NCBI GenBank assembly: GCA_965215335.1 | Contig: CBDCDA010000001.1 | Location: forward strand, 96,001-160,000 | DNA from: an uncultured Candidatus Entotheonella sp. | GTDB taxonomy: Bacteria; Tectomicrobia; Entotheonellia; Entotheonellales; Entotheonellaceae | Direction of reading: 5' to 3' | DNA length: 64,000 nt | Shown: positions 10,445 to 20,155 of the stretch, piece by piece | Layout of the letters: each line of letters begins with the position of its first letter | How positions within the stretch are numbered: the stretch's first letter is position 1 | The notes under the pieces: model-generated | The model's database searches: none | What the model was told of the DNA's origin: nothing | What the model saw: the letters and a program-made list of their open reading frames with translations, nothing else | Translations under genes and position numbers: made by a program

Positions 10445-10978
10445 CTAACACCCGCCGTCCGGGGGCAACATCCAATATCCGTCGACCAGCCGCACGCGCT
10501 GCGACGGCACCGGCGCCGGAACGGGGTAACCGCACGTCCGGCGCATTTCGCCAATCCAGCAATCGTGTTGATATTCGTGGTTGATCAGGTTGACCAGCAG
10601 GGTCCGCAAGATGTGCGACGCCTGCGCCGGGGCGGCGCGTTGGCCGCTCAGCAGTTCCTCAAGGCGGGCATGCGTACGTCCTGCCACCGCCTCGCGGTAC
10701 GCCACGAGTTCGGCCAATGGCGGCAGGTCACCCCGATTCACCTCCGGGTTGGCGGCATCGAACAAGGCGTCAAATCGCGGTTCGATGCTGGGATCGGCGT
10801 CGAACAGGTTACGCAGCAAAAAATGATTCACCGCCGCCTGGTGTCCGAGGTGCCAGGCAATGGCGCTGCTCTTCGGCCTCGGGCGCCACTGCACGTCCGG
10901 CTCCGGCAGGTCCTCGTACAGGCTCCGCGTATACAGCCGCGCCAAGTCGTATTCCTCGCGCAGGGTTACGAGATCCAT
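10445..10978 (-). CDS. DinB/DUF664-like metal-binding protein
   Basis: SAIAWHLGH...NHEYQH His pattern. Confidence 0.8.
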   Translation of the reverse strand: MDLVTLREEYDLARLYTRSLYEDLPEPDVQWRPRPKSSAIAWHLGHQAAVNHFLLRNLFDADPSIEPRFDALFDAANPEVNRGDLPPLAELVAYREAVAGRTHARLEELLSGQRAAPAQASHILRTLLVNLINHEYQHDCWIGEMRRTCGYPVPAPVPSQRVRLVDGYWMLPPDGGC

Positions 10979-11205
10979 AGCATATTACCTCCTGTTGCTT
11001 GCAGTTATTCCCACCAACGGTTGGCAAGTCAAGGTGAAAATCCCGTCGGGGTGCAGCACAGCGCCGGGCCGGCGCGGCTAGTGTACACTAATCAAACAGT
11101 TCCACTTCGCCTTCCACCGTCACCCAACTGCGCCAGTCTCTGGATACGGCGAGCAGGTGCGGAAAAAGCCAGCACCAACCCTTCACTGAAGGAACCGACG
11201 CGCTC

Positions 11206-12240
11206 ATGGCTACACGCCGCGCTGCCCTGGAATCCGCGCGCCTGCCCGGAAAATCGGCCGACACGCTGTCCCCGTCCGTGGTGGTGGGCCTGAACGCGGT
11301 TATCGTGGCGGTGACGGAGGAGGTGCCGCGGGTGCTGACGGTCAGCCGCACCGACCATGCCTTGGCAGGTGGCGGGCCAGCGGATGCACTGCCGTTCGGG
11401 CCATTGCAGCCGGAGCAGCACCCCACCCTGGAGCGCGGATTGCGGAGTTGGGCGCGGCAGCAGACGGGCATTCGGCTGGGATATGTCGAGCAGCTTTACA
11501 CCTTCGGCGACCGCTTTCGGGACCCGCGGGCAGGGCAGGGTGGACCCTGGATGATTTCCGTTGCCTACCTGGCGCTGGTACGCGAGCAACAACTTGCCGG
11601 CAGCGACGAGGCGCATTGGCGCGACTGGTACGACTATTTTCCGTGGGAAGACTGGCGTTCGGGACCACCGGCGATTATTTCTCAGACCATTGCGCCGACG
11701 CTGGAAGGCTGGCTGGCACAGGCCTCCGAGACGTCCGGCATGCAGACACGCCGAGAACGCCGGGACATTTCCTTCGGCCTGAACCAGACGCCGTGGGACA
11801 CCGAGCGCACCCTGGAACGCTATGAATTGTTGTACGAGGCGCGCCTCGTCGGCGAGGCGACCAGTGACGCTGGCGAACCGACGTCCCCGATAGCGGCAGA
11901 CCTCGGCCGCCCCATGGCCCTGGACCACCGGCGCATTCTGGCCACCGCTCTGGGGCGCCTGCGGGGCAAGATCAAATACCGGCCGGTGGTCTTCGAGCTG
12001 ATGCCGCCCGTGTTTACGCTGTCACGTCTGCAGCGGGTGGTCGAGGCTCTGGCGGGCATGCAGTTGCACAAGCAGAATTTCCGGCGCCTGGTCGAGCGTG
12101 GCGGCCTGGTCGAGGGTACGGGTCATTACGATGAAGAGACGGGCGGACGGCCCGCTGAATTGTTTGCCTTTCGCCGCGAGGTCTTGCGCGAACGGGCCGC
12201 TCCCGGCGTCCGGCTCCCCGGTCCCCAGGCCCGTGTTTAG
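11206..12240 (+). CDS. nadQ: NadQ (NrtR-like Nudix + wHTH) NAD-biosynthesis repressor
   Basis: LPFGP, GYVEQLYTFGDR, YFPWEDWR, DHRRILATALGRLRGKIKYRPVVFELMP, LHKQNFRR, GGRPA; directly upstream of nadA. Confidence 0.88.
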   Translation: MATRRAALESARLPGKSADTLSPSVVVGLNAVIVAVTEEVPRVLTVSRTDHALAGGGPADALPFGPLQPEQHPTLERGLRSWARQQTGIRLGYVEQLYTFGDRFRDPRAGQGGPWMISVAYLALVREQQLAGSDEAHWRDWYDYFPWEDWRSGPPAIISQTIAPTLEGWLAQASETSGMQTRRERRDISFGLNQTPWDTERTLERYELLYEARLVGEATSDAGEPTSPIAADLGRPMALDHRRILATALGRLRGKIKYRPVVFELMPPVFTLSRLQRVVEALAGMQLHKQNFRRLVERGGLVEGTGHYDEETGGRPAELFAFRREVLRERAAPGVRLPGPQARV

Positions 12241-12278
12241 AGAGCCAGCCCCACCAACCTGCACCGGTTTCCTCGGGC

Positions 12279-12307
12279 TTGACAATTTTCATGCCGAGAC
12301 GTAGCCT
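12279..12307 (+). promoter_or_regulatory. Sigma70-like promoter
   Basis: TTGACA-17 bp-TAGCCT. Confidence 0.55.
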
Positions 12308-12335
12308 AACTGAATCTTCACACAGGGACGATCGG

Positions 12336-12365
12336 GAAGCCGGAAGGGGGTCGGCTTCTTTTTTT
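12336..12365 (+). terminator. Intrinsic terminator between nadQ and nadA
   Basis: GAAGCCGG-AAGGGGG-TCGGCTTC followed by T7. Confidence 0.8.
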
Positions 12366-12374
12366 ACCCATCTA

Positions 12375-12395
12375 ATATGCTCAATATGAGTATAA
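12375..12395. promoter_or_regulatory. NadQ operator
   Basis: ATATGCTCA-ATA-TGAGTATAA fits the NadQ palindrome ttATRCTCA-N3-TGAGYATaa; 9 nt before the nadA ATG. Confidence 0.85.
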
Positions 12396-12404
12396 AGGGC
12401 GAAC

Positions 12405-13448
12405 ATGCTTCAAGAACCTCCTGCAGCCACGTCCTCCGTGCCGCTGCAGCCGTACACGCCGGAGTTGGCAGCGGCCCTGGCGCCGCGCTATGAGCGCTTG
12501 CAGGCGGTCATTCCCGAGGCGGAGTGGGCCGTGCACGCGCCCTACGTGGCGGCCATCGAAGCGCTCAGAACCGAGCGCAACGCCGTGATCCTGGCGCACA
12601 ATTACCAGACACCCGAAATTTTCCACGGCGTTGCCGACCTCACCGGCGACTCCCTTGCCCTCGCTCAGCAGGCCGCCGAAACGGACGCCGACGTGATCGT
12701 CCTGTGCGGCGTGCATTTCATGGCCGAAACCGCCAAGCTGCTCAATCCCGACAAAACCGTGCTCATCCCCGACCTGGAGGCCGGCTGCTCGCTCGCCTCG
12801 TCCATCACCGCTGCCGATGTGCGTGCCCTGAGGCAACAGCATCCTGGCGTTCCGGTGGTCACGTACGTCAACACCAGCGCCGCGGTGAAAGCCGAGTCCG
12901 ACCTCTGCTGTACCTCCGCCAACGCCGTGCAGGCCGTCGAATCTCTAGGCGTCGACCGCGTCATCTTCATCCCCGACGAATACCTCGGCAAGTATGTCGC
13001 CAAGCAGACCGCGGTCGAGGTCATCCTGTGGCAGGGGCACTGCGAGGTGCACGAACGTTTCTCCGCCGCCGAGCTGCGCCTGTACCGTGAGGACCATCCG
13101 GACGTCTACGTCCTGGCGCATCCCGAATGTCCGCCCGATGTGCTGTCCGAGGCTGATTTCGTCGGTTCCACCGCCGGCATGGTACGCCATCTGGAAAAAA
13201 AGCATCCCGCACAAGTCGTCATGTTGACCGAGTGTTCCATGAGTGACAACGTGGCCGTGGCGCTGCCGGACGTCGATTTCATCCGTCCCTGCAACCTCTG
13301 TCCACACATGAAACGCATTACGTTGAAGAAAATCCTGCGGGCCCTGGAGCGCATGGAATACGCTGTCGAAGTGGAGGCCGAGATCGCCCGACGCGCCCGC
13401 CGTTCCGTGCAACGCATGCTGGAACTGGGTCGCGGAGAAGGTCGATGA
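12405..13448 (+). CDS. nadA: Quinolinate synthase
   Basis: ILAHNYQ, GDSL, CGVHFMAETAK, AGCSLA, TYVNTSA, CEVH, AHPEC, CPHMK. Confidence 0.97.
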   Translation: MLQEPPAATSSVPLQPYTPELAAALAPRYERLQAVIPEAEWAVHAPYVAAIEALRTERNAVILAHNYQTPEIFHGVADLTGDSLALAQQAAETDADVIVLCGVHFMAETAKLLNPDKTVLIPDLEAGCSLASSITAADVRALRQQHPGVPVVTYVNTSAAVKAESDLCCTSANAVQAVESLGVDRVIFIPDEYLGKYVAKQTAVEVILWQGHCEVHERFSAAELRLYREDHPDVYVLAHPECPPDVLSEADFVGSTAGMVRHLEKKHPAQVVMLTECSMSDNVAVALPDVDFIRPCNLCPHMKRITLKKILRALERMEYAVEVEAEIARRARRSVQRMLELGRGEGR

Positions 13449-14323
13449 GCGGGGCGCCGGCCGCCAACCCCCTGCCTCTGTACCCCCTGCAGTACGAGTC
13501 GCTGGTGCGCGCCGCCTTGATCGAGGATCTGGGGCGCGCCGGCGACCTCACCACCAACGCCATCGTGCCACCGGACGCCCGCGCCACCGGCTACCTGATG
13601 GCACGGCGCGGCGGCTGTCTGGCCGGCCTGCCGGTGGCGGCCACTGTCTTCCGGCTACTGGACCCCGGCGTTGACATCTCCTGGCACCGGCACGACGGCG
13701 ACGCGGTGGAGGCCGACCAGACACTGGCGGTTATTCGAGGCTCGGCACACGGCCTGCTGAGCGCCGAACGCACCGCTCTCAACTTCCTGGGCCGCCTGTC
13801 CGGCATCGCCAGCGCTACCCAGGGCTTGGTGCAGGCCATACAGGGCTATGCCACGCGCGTCGTCTGCACTCGCAAAACCACCCCCGGCCTGCGCCTGCTG
13901 GAGAAATACGCCGTGCGTTGCGGCGGCGGCGCCAACCATCGTTTCGGACTGGACGACGCCGTGCTGATCAAGGACAATCACCTCATCGTGGCCGGCAGTA
14001 TCACCGAGGCTGTGCGCCGGGTACACGCGGCAGTGGGGCATCTGGTCAAGGTGGAGGTGGAGGTGGATACCCTGACGCAACTCGACGAGGCGTTGTCGTG
14101 CCGCATTGACGCGGTGCTGCTGGACAACATGCCCCCCGAGCAATTGGCCGAGGCGGTGCGGAGGGTCGGCGGCCGCGTCCTTACCGAAGCCTCCGGCGGT
14201 ATCACGCCGGAAACGGCCTGTCAGGTTGCTGCTGCCGGTGTTGACCTGCTGTCCGCCGGCTGGCTGACGCACAGTGCCGCGGCGCTGGACGTGGCGTTGG
14301 ACGTGGCAGGGTTAGGCGTGTAG
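13445..14323 (+). CDS. nadC: Quinolinate phosphoribosyltransferase
   Basis: GDLTT, ERTALN, TRKTTPGLR, HRFGLDDAVLIKDNH, EVEVD, LLDN, EASGG. Confidence 0.97.
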   Translation: MSGAPAANPLPLYPLQYESLVRAALIEDLGRAGDLTTNAIVPPDARATGYLMARRGGCLAGLPVAATVFRLLDPGVDISWHRHDGDAVEADQTLAVIRGSAHGLLSAERTALNFLGRLSGIASATQGLVQAIQGYATRVVCTRKTTPGLRLLEKYAVRCGGGANHRFGLDDAVLIKDNHLIVAGSITEAVRRVHAAVGHLVKVEVEVDTLTQLDEALSCRIDAVLLDNMPPEQLAEAVRRVGGRVLTEASGGITPETACQVAAAGVDLLSAGWLTHSAAALDVALDVAGLGV

Positions 14324-14454
14324 ACTTGAAAAAAGCCGGACGCCACCACGAAGACAATTATTGACAATTACACAACGTCAGAGCTTGTTGACCCTTCATT
14401 TATTGATTTTCAATCATCTTCGACCCTCCATGAGGCATCTTTCGAGGTGCCCTC

Positions 14455-14483
14455 TTGACAAAATGTCCAGCGTTATTTACAGT
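14455..14483 (+). promoter_or_regulatory. Sigma70-like promoter of candidate ncRNA
   Basis: TTGACA-17 bp-TACAGT with no credible ORF downstream. Confidence 0.65.
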
Positions 14484-14488
14484 TCCAA

Positions 14489-14656
14489 ATTGAACTGGAC
14501 GTACGAACGGGATAGCGTTGTTACTGCTCCCCGCCCAAAGACGTATAGCGGGGCTGACAGGCTCCGCTATGCGTCCCTCCGGCCACTGGCTACCAGCCCA
14601 AGAGCGGTTATAAAGCGAGCCTAGTTAAGAAAAACCCCGCCTCGTGCGGGGTTTTT
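14489..14656 (+). ncRNA. Candidate ~165-nt structured RNA convergent with the htrC-like gene (SroH-like position)
   Basis: Own promoter; 15-bp hairpin GACGTATAGCGGGGC-TGACAG-GCTCCGCTATGCGTC (14540-14575; its two non-Watson-Crick positions are G-U pairs on this strand); ends in a perfect terminator. Confidence 0.6.
14630..14656. terminator. Bidirectional intrinsic terminator
   Basis: AAAAACCCCGC-CTCGT-GCGGGGTTTTT, overlapping the stop codon (14656-14658) of the minus-strand gene. Confidence 0.9.
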
Positions 14657-15210
14657 CAGTTCGGCACCCTAGTCTTTTTACCTATCCGGGTATTATGGGC
14701 AATCGTAAAGAAATTGATTTTCTTCCACCGCGGCTGTGAGGACTCTCTTTCTCTGTTTCTGATGTACGCGGTCTGAACATATAATCGCAGCGACTTTTTG
14801 CTCGTTTTCGATACTTGGAAATAGACTTCATACGCCTTCCTTTCTCCGCCGATGTCCACTGGCTCGATCACAAAGAAATTACCTTTCCCGGTGTGGGAAC
14901 AAAATCGTTCGCTGAGCGATTTTGCTATCTCTGGTAACTTGAAGGAAAGCTTATATCGTTCAAAACAGAAAATCCGTGTCTCCCGCGAGTCCCGATAATG
15001 CAAGGCCTTATCAACATGATGCAATCCTTCGCCACGATGCGTGTTCGGACCGCGAGTAAAACAGTGCAGACCGAATTCAACAACAAATCGATATGTCTGT
15101 TCTGGTTTTCCTGCCTTTGCCGGTTGGATAAATACCCATTCAAACTGTGCCAGATGATCCAGGGAATATGGTCTTCCCTGATATCTGAAAAGTTCCCAAG
15201 TTCTGATGAT
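14656..15210 (-). CDS. htrC: HtrC/YjaZ-family protein (start uncertain: ATC 15210/15207 or TTG 15270)
   Basis: Colinear with recalled E. coli HtrC: YRFVVEFGLHCFTR~YRFWVTYSLHCFTK, ETRIFCFERYKL~ESRPFCQHRYNL, HTGKGNFFVIE~HAGYGSYAVIE, KKSLRLYVQTAY~KKKLRLHVTSAY, FFTIAHN~FFTIAYN. Confidence 0.75.
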   Translation of the reverse strand: MIRTWELFRYQGRPYSLDHLAQFEWVFIQPAKAGKPEQTYRFVVEFGLHCFTRGPNTHRGEGLHHVDKALHYRDSRETRIFCFERYKLSFKLPEIAKSLSERFCSHTGKGNFFVIEPVDIGGERKAYEVYFQVSKTSKKSLRLYVQTAYIRNRERESSQPRWKKINFFTIAHNTRIGKKTRVPN

Positions 15211-15431
15211 ACTGCCCTTTCTTTTACGGTTTGCAGAGGCGACTTGTGGCACCACTGCACATATCGCCAAGGGACCCGCAAGGCGATACTGTCAAGAAGA
15301 AATCCGCTGAGGTGCGCCCGCCCAGCTTCCCCTGCATGGCGATAAGCCCTTTATCAGCGTCTGTGATGATCTCGGGCCCGGCTTCCAATGTCCTCAAGTC
15401 TCTACAGCTATATGTTCGACGTTGGGCCGCG

Positions 15432-16082
15432 TTATCGAAGTGACTCATAGTTGCCTACGTACCTTGTGACGTCCAACGGCTCGTTCCCTGTCACGAGCAG
15501 TAAAAATCGACTGGTAGCCTTTTTGACGTTGAATTTCACCTGCTTCCCGGACCTACCGAGAGCACGCCACACCTCGCGCAAATCCGAGATAGGCAGCACA
15601 ATATCATAGAGTTTGCCCGCAACAGATTTGCATAAAAGCGCAGCGACTTCCGTGGGCTCGTCAGGAAGACCAAGGAACCACCGGTTCTCCGAGCGTTCGT
15701 TCGCGAATGCCACTGCCACGGATCGCCCGCGCGCCGTTTGAAACCGCTTGCGTTGCCCATGTAAAGAGATATCTTGTGCTCGGAGCCCCGCTACCCATGC
15801 GTTGCGCGCCTGTGCAGCGGCCGCTTTGGCTGATGTGGTGAGGGATACAGCGGAATAAGTGAGCTTTTGAGAGGGCGTTGACTTGGACCAAGAGTCATTG
15901 AGAGCGTTCTCGGCTGCTTCAACACGACGATGGAGTGACGCAAATTCAACCTCGAGTGTTTCGCATTCTTTAGCAAGGGCACTAAGTGCGGCAACTGTGG
16001 CAAAGTCTCGATTTGAGACTGCAGAAGATAGGCGATCGAGTAGACGAGATTGAACGTGCTTCAATTCTGCCGGCGTGTTCAT
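15432..16082 (-). CDS. Hypothetical protein (N-terminal coiled coil, C-terminal alpha/beta domain)
   Basis: 216-aa ORF with AAGGAGG RBS and an upstream promoter; lower GC than the flanks. Confidence 0.75.
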   Translation of the reverse strand: MNTPAELKHVQSRLLDRLSSAVSNRDFATVAALSALAKECETLEVEFASLHRRVEAAENALNDSWSKSTPSQKLTYSAVSLTTSAKAAAAQARNAWVAGLRAQDISLHGQRKRFQTARGRSVAVAFANERSENRWFLGLPDEPTEVAALLCKSVAGKLYDIVLPISDLREVWRALGRSGKQVKFNVKKATSRFLLLVTGNEPLDVTRYVGNYESLR

Positions 16083-16125
16083 TTTTGACCTCCTTGAAGT
16101 GATTTGAAACCAGCAATGGAATACT

Positions 16126-16154
16126 ATATTATAATTTCTATACTATACTGTCAA
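16126..16154 (-). promoter_or_regulatory. Sigma70-like promoter of the 216-aa gene
   Basis: Minus strand TTGACA-17 bp-TAATAT (TATAAT also present at 15-bp spacing); ATACTATA repeats overlap it. Confidence 0.6.
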
Positions 16155-16490
16155 GAAGACTGATCAACGAAGAAAATAACTCAGGCACATTCGCCTGCAG
16201 CCATTACCAAGCCCTTCACAGAACGCTATCTCCACCGGCCTACAGCAGCCCAGCGATACTTGGCGCCCAGCACCGCAATGGGTTTTTTCGTGGTATAGGG
16301 GTAGGTTATGTAGACTTTCGGAATTACGGAAACCCGTGCCGTTACTGGAATTTTGGGATCTTGCGGCGTAGGCCCTCAGATGGGAAGCCCCGAGCGGTCC
16401 GCTTGCTGGCGAAGGTGCCGACCCACAACTACGACCCCGAAAAAACGCCCCAAGATGGCCCAGGAGCCATTTTTGCGTGGCCAAGGGGCC

Positions 16491-16643
16491 TCTCTACGAG
16501 GCCCGCACCTCGGGCAAGCAAGACAGCCGCCCCGGCCTCACGGCCTGTCTCAAGGCACTGCGCCGAGGCGACACGCTGGTGATCTGGAAGTTCACCGGCT
16601 CGGACGTGACCTGCACCACCTTGTCAGCGCTGTGCAGAACCTG
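16491..16643 (+). pseudogene. Serine resolvase/invertase fragment
   Basis: LYE..SGKQDSRPGLTACLKALRRGDTLVIWK / RLGRDLHHLVSAVQNL across frameshifts. Confidence 0.75.
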
Positions 16644-16846
16644 AAGGAAGCCCCTGGCCTGCGGTTCTACTCGTTGAGCGACAAGGTGTGGCGCGAAGAC
16701 GTGCTCGCGGTCGTCGCCTGGCAGATGGTCCGTCGTAACGCGGTGCTGCCGGTGTTGACGGCGAGACGGTGGCGCACGTCGAGGCGTTCGGGGTAGAACG
16801 CTGGCTGACGATCAACGCCGAGAAGACCCGTTGCTGCCGGGTGCCG
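16644..16846 (+). pseudogene. Group II intron reverse transcriptase remnant with large internal deletion
   Basis: KEAPGLRFYSLSDKVWREDVL..AWQMVRRN / GAAGVDGETV..VE.FGVERWL joined to LTINAEKTRCCRVP. Confidence 0.75.
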
Positions 16847-16990
16847 GGCGTGATAGGGAGAAGGACTGAGGACTTACAGCGATGATTCACCGGCCACGAC
16901 GATCTGGCTTACCGTGGCTGAGTCGGGCTCCGATATCACACAGATGCCACGCAAAACACGACCGGCGTCGTATTTTCCCAGCCGCGCGAC

Positions 16991-18933
<1,943 letters not shown>

Positions 18934-18959
<26 letters not shown>

Positions 18960-19638
18960 GGTCCAGTTCCTGGCGGATGGTGCGAACGAAGTCGCCTTCT
19001 TGTTGTGCTCCAACGATGCGCTTGTCATTGATGAAGACGGTAGGGGTACTGCGCACGCCGAGGCTGCGGCCGTATGCCTTATCGGCACTGACCAGCTTTT
19101 GCATGCGACCGCTTCTGACGCAACTGGCGAGGTCCGCGGCATCAACGCCGACAGCGCCGGCGAATTCCTGCAGACGTTGGCGGGGGTCGGGCAAACGGCG
19201 CCACTGTTCCTGGCGGGCATAAAGCATGCGGTGGAATTCCCAGAATTTTCCCTGCTCACCGGCGCAAAAAGCGGCTTGCGTAGCGACCTCGCTGGTACCG
19301 TTCAGGGTGAAGGGATACAACACCAGTTGCACATCGCCCTCAAACCGGGCAAGCACGCGCTCCATCGTCTCCTGGAGCGCCTTGCAGTGGGGTCACGTAT
19401 AGTCACTGAATTCTTTCATCACAACAGGGGCACCGGGCACACCCTTGCTGTAATGATTGTCCAAGGCGCCCTGTAGGCGAAGCGGCAGATGCCGCTTCTG
19501 CCAGGAACGAATGGCCACGCCAGCAGCCAGGACGAGGATCAGAATGACCCCGCCCAAAACGAGCTTCTGGCGCCGCCTGGCAGATGGGTTCGCATTGGAC
19601 CGGGGTTTTGCCCCGCGGCCCGTCGGTTTTCTGGCCAT
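18934..19638 (-). CDS. Membrane-anchored DsbA/DsbG-like thioredoxin-fold selenoprotein (Sec at TGA 19393-19395, UPHC)
   Basis: ORFs 19393-19788 and 18934-19365 are in frame: KGVPGAPVVMKEFSDYT-U-PHCKALQETMERV...AAFCAGEQGKFWEFH...GVRSTPTVFIN; SECIS hairpin follows the UGA. Confidence 0.9.
19349..19385 (-). promoter_or_regulatory. Bacterial SECIS element
   Basis: mRNA GCAAG-GCGCUCCA-[GGAGACGA]-UGGAGCGC-GUG-CUUGC; G-starting apical loop 20 nt after the UGA. Confidence 0.8.
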
Positions 19639-19823
19639 CACTATCTCGCTTCGGTCGAATGGGTTCTTTCCAAGTATTGCGGGATGATACAACAGTGACG
19701 AAGGCCGCGCCACCGAACTGGAAATGACAGCGGTGTCAGGATCACGAATAGACATACCCATACGGATTTGCGAGAATCCCCCCGCCATTTATCACCCATT
19801 CTCCGGCTTCTGAGGTGCGAATC

Positions 19824-20144
19824 ATGGACGTCAGGCACGTGGCAAGTTGCAAGGCTTTCAACACCGAGAAAATGAACAAGGTCAATCTCTTTGAAACCGA
19901 CCGCATGTTCTGCGACCTCTACTGTTTTGAACCCGGACAGCAGCAAAAGGTGCACGCCCACGGCGGCTCCGACAAGGTTTATTACGTTCTCGAGGGTTGC
20001 GGCACCTTTCACATTGGTGGCGAAAACGAGGCACTGCGGGCGAACAGCACGGTCATGGCGCCTTCGGGGGTCGAACACGGCGTGACCAACACGAGCAACG
20101 AGCGCTTGGTACTGCTGGTTTACATGGCGCCGAAGCCGAGGTAA
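19824..20144 (+). CDS. Cupin domain protein
   Basis: PGQQQKVHAH...YYVLEG, P.GVEHGV.N. Confidence 0.85.
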   Translation: MDVRHVASCKAFNTEKMNKVNLFETDRMFCDLYCFEPGQQQKVHAHGGSDKVYYVLEGCGTFHIGGENEALRANSTVMAPSGVEHGVTNTSNERLVLLVYMAPKPR

Positions 20145-20155
20145 CAAGGAACCCA

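Larger units (their letters stand above)
15286..16159. repeat. 15-bp perfect direct repeat ATACTGTCAAGAAGA at 15286-15300 and 16145-16159
   Basis: Identical 15-mers flank the 216-aa gene; minus strand reads TCTTCTTGACAGTAT (contains TTGACA). Confidence 0.85.

Noticed and set aside
14400..14415. TTATTGATTTTCAATC palindrome as an island attachment or recombinase site
   Set aside because: No matching copy at the other island boundary and no integrase, so it cannot be supported
14361..14624. 87-aa ORF over the candidate ncRNA
   Set aside because: TTG start without RBS, no recognisable protein features, and it runs through promoter elements
15320..15427. Integron attC site downstream of the 216-aa gene (GCCCAAC...GCTGGGC on the minus strand)
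   Set aside because: The core site lacks the invariant GTT, the inner L boxes do not pair, and there is no integrase in the window
16644..16846. Retron, DGR or other functional RT system associated with the nearby structured RNA
   Set aside because: Only ~65 codons of a group II intron RT remain, frameshifted and lacking the YADD catalytic region
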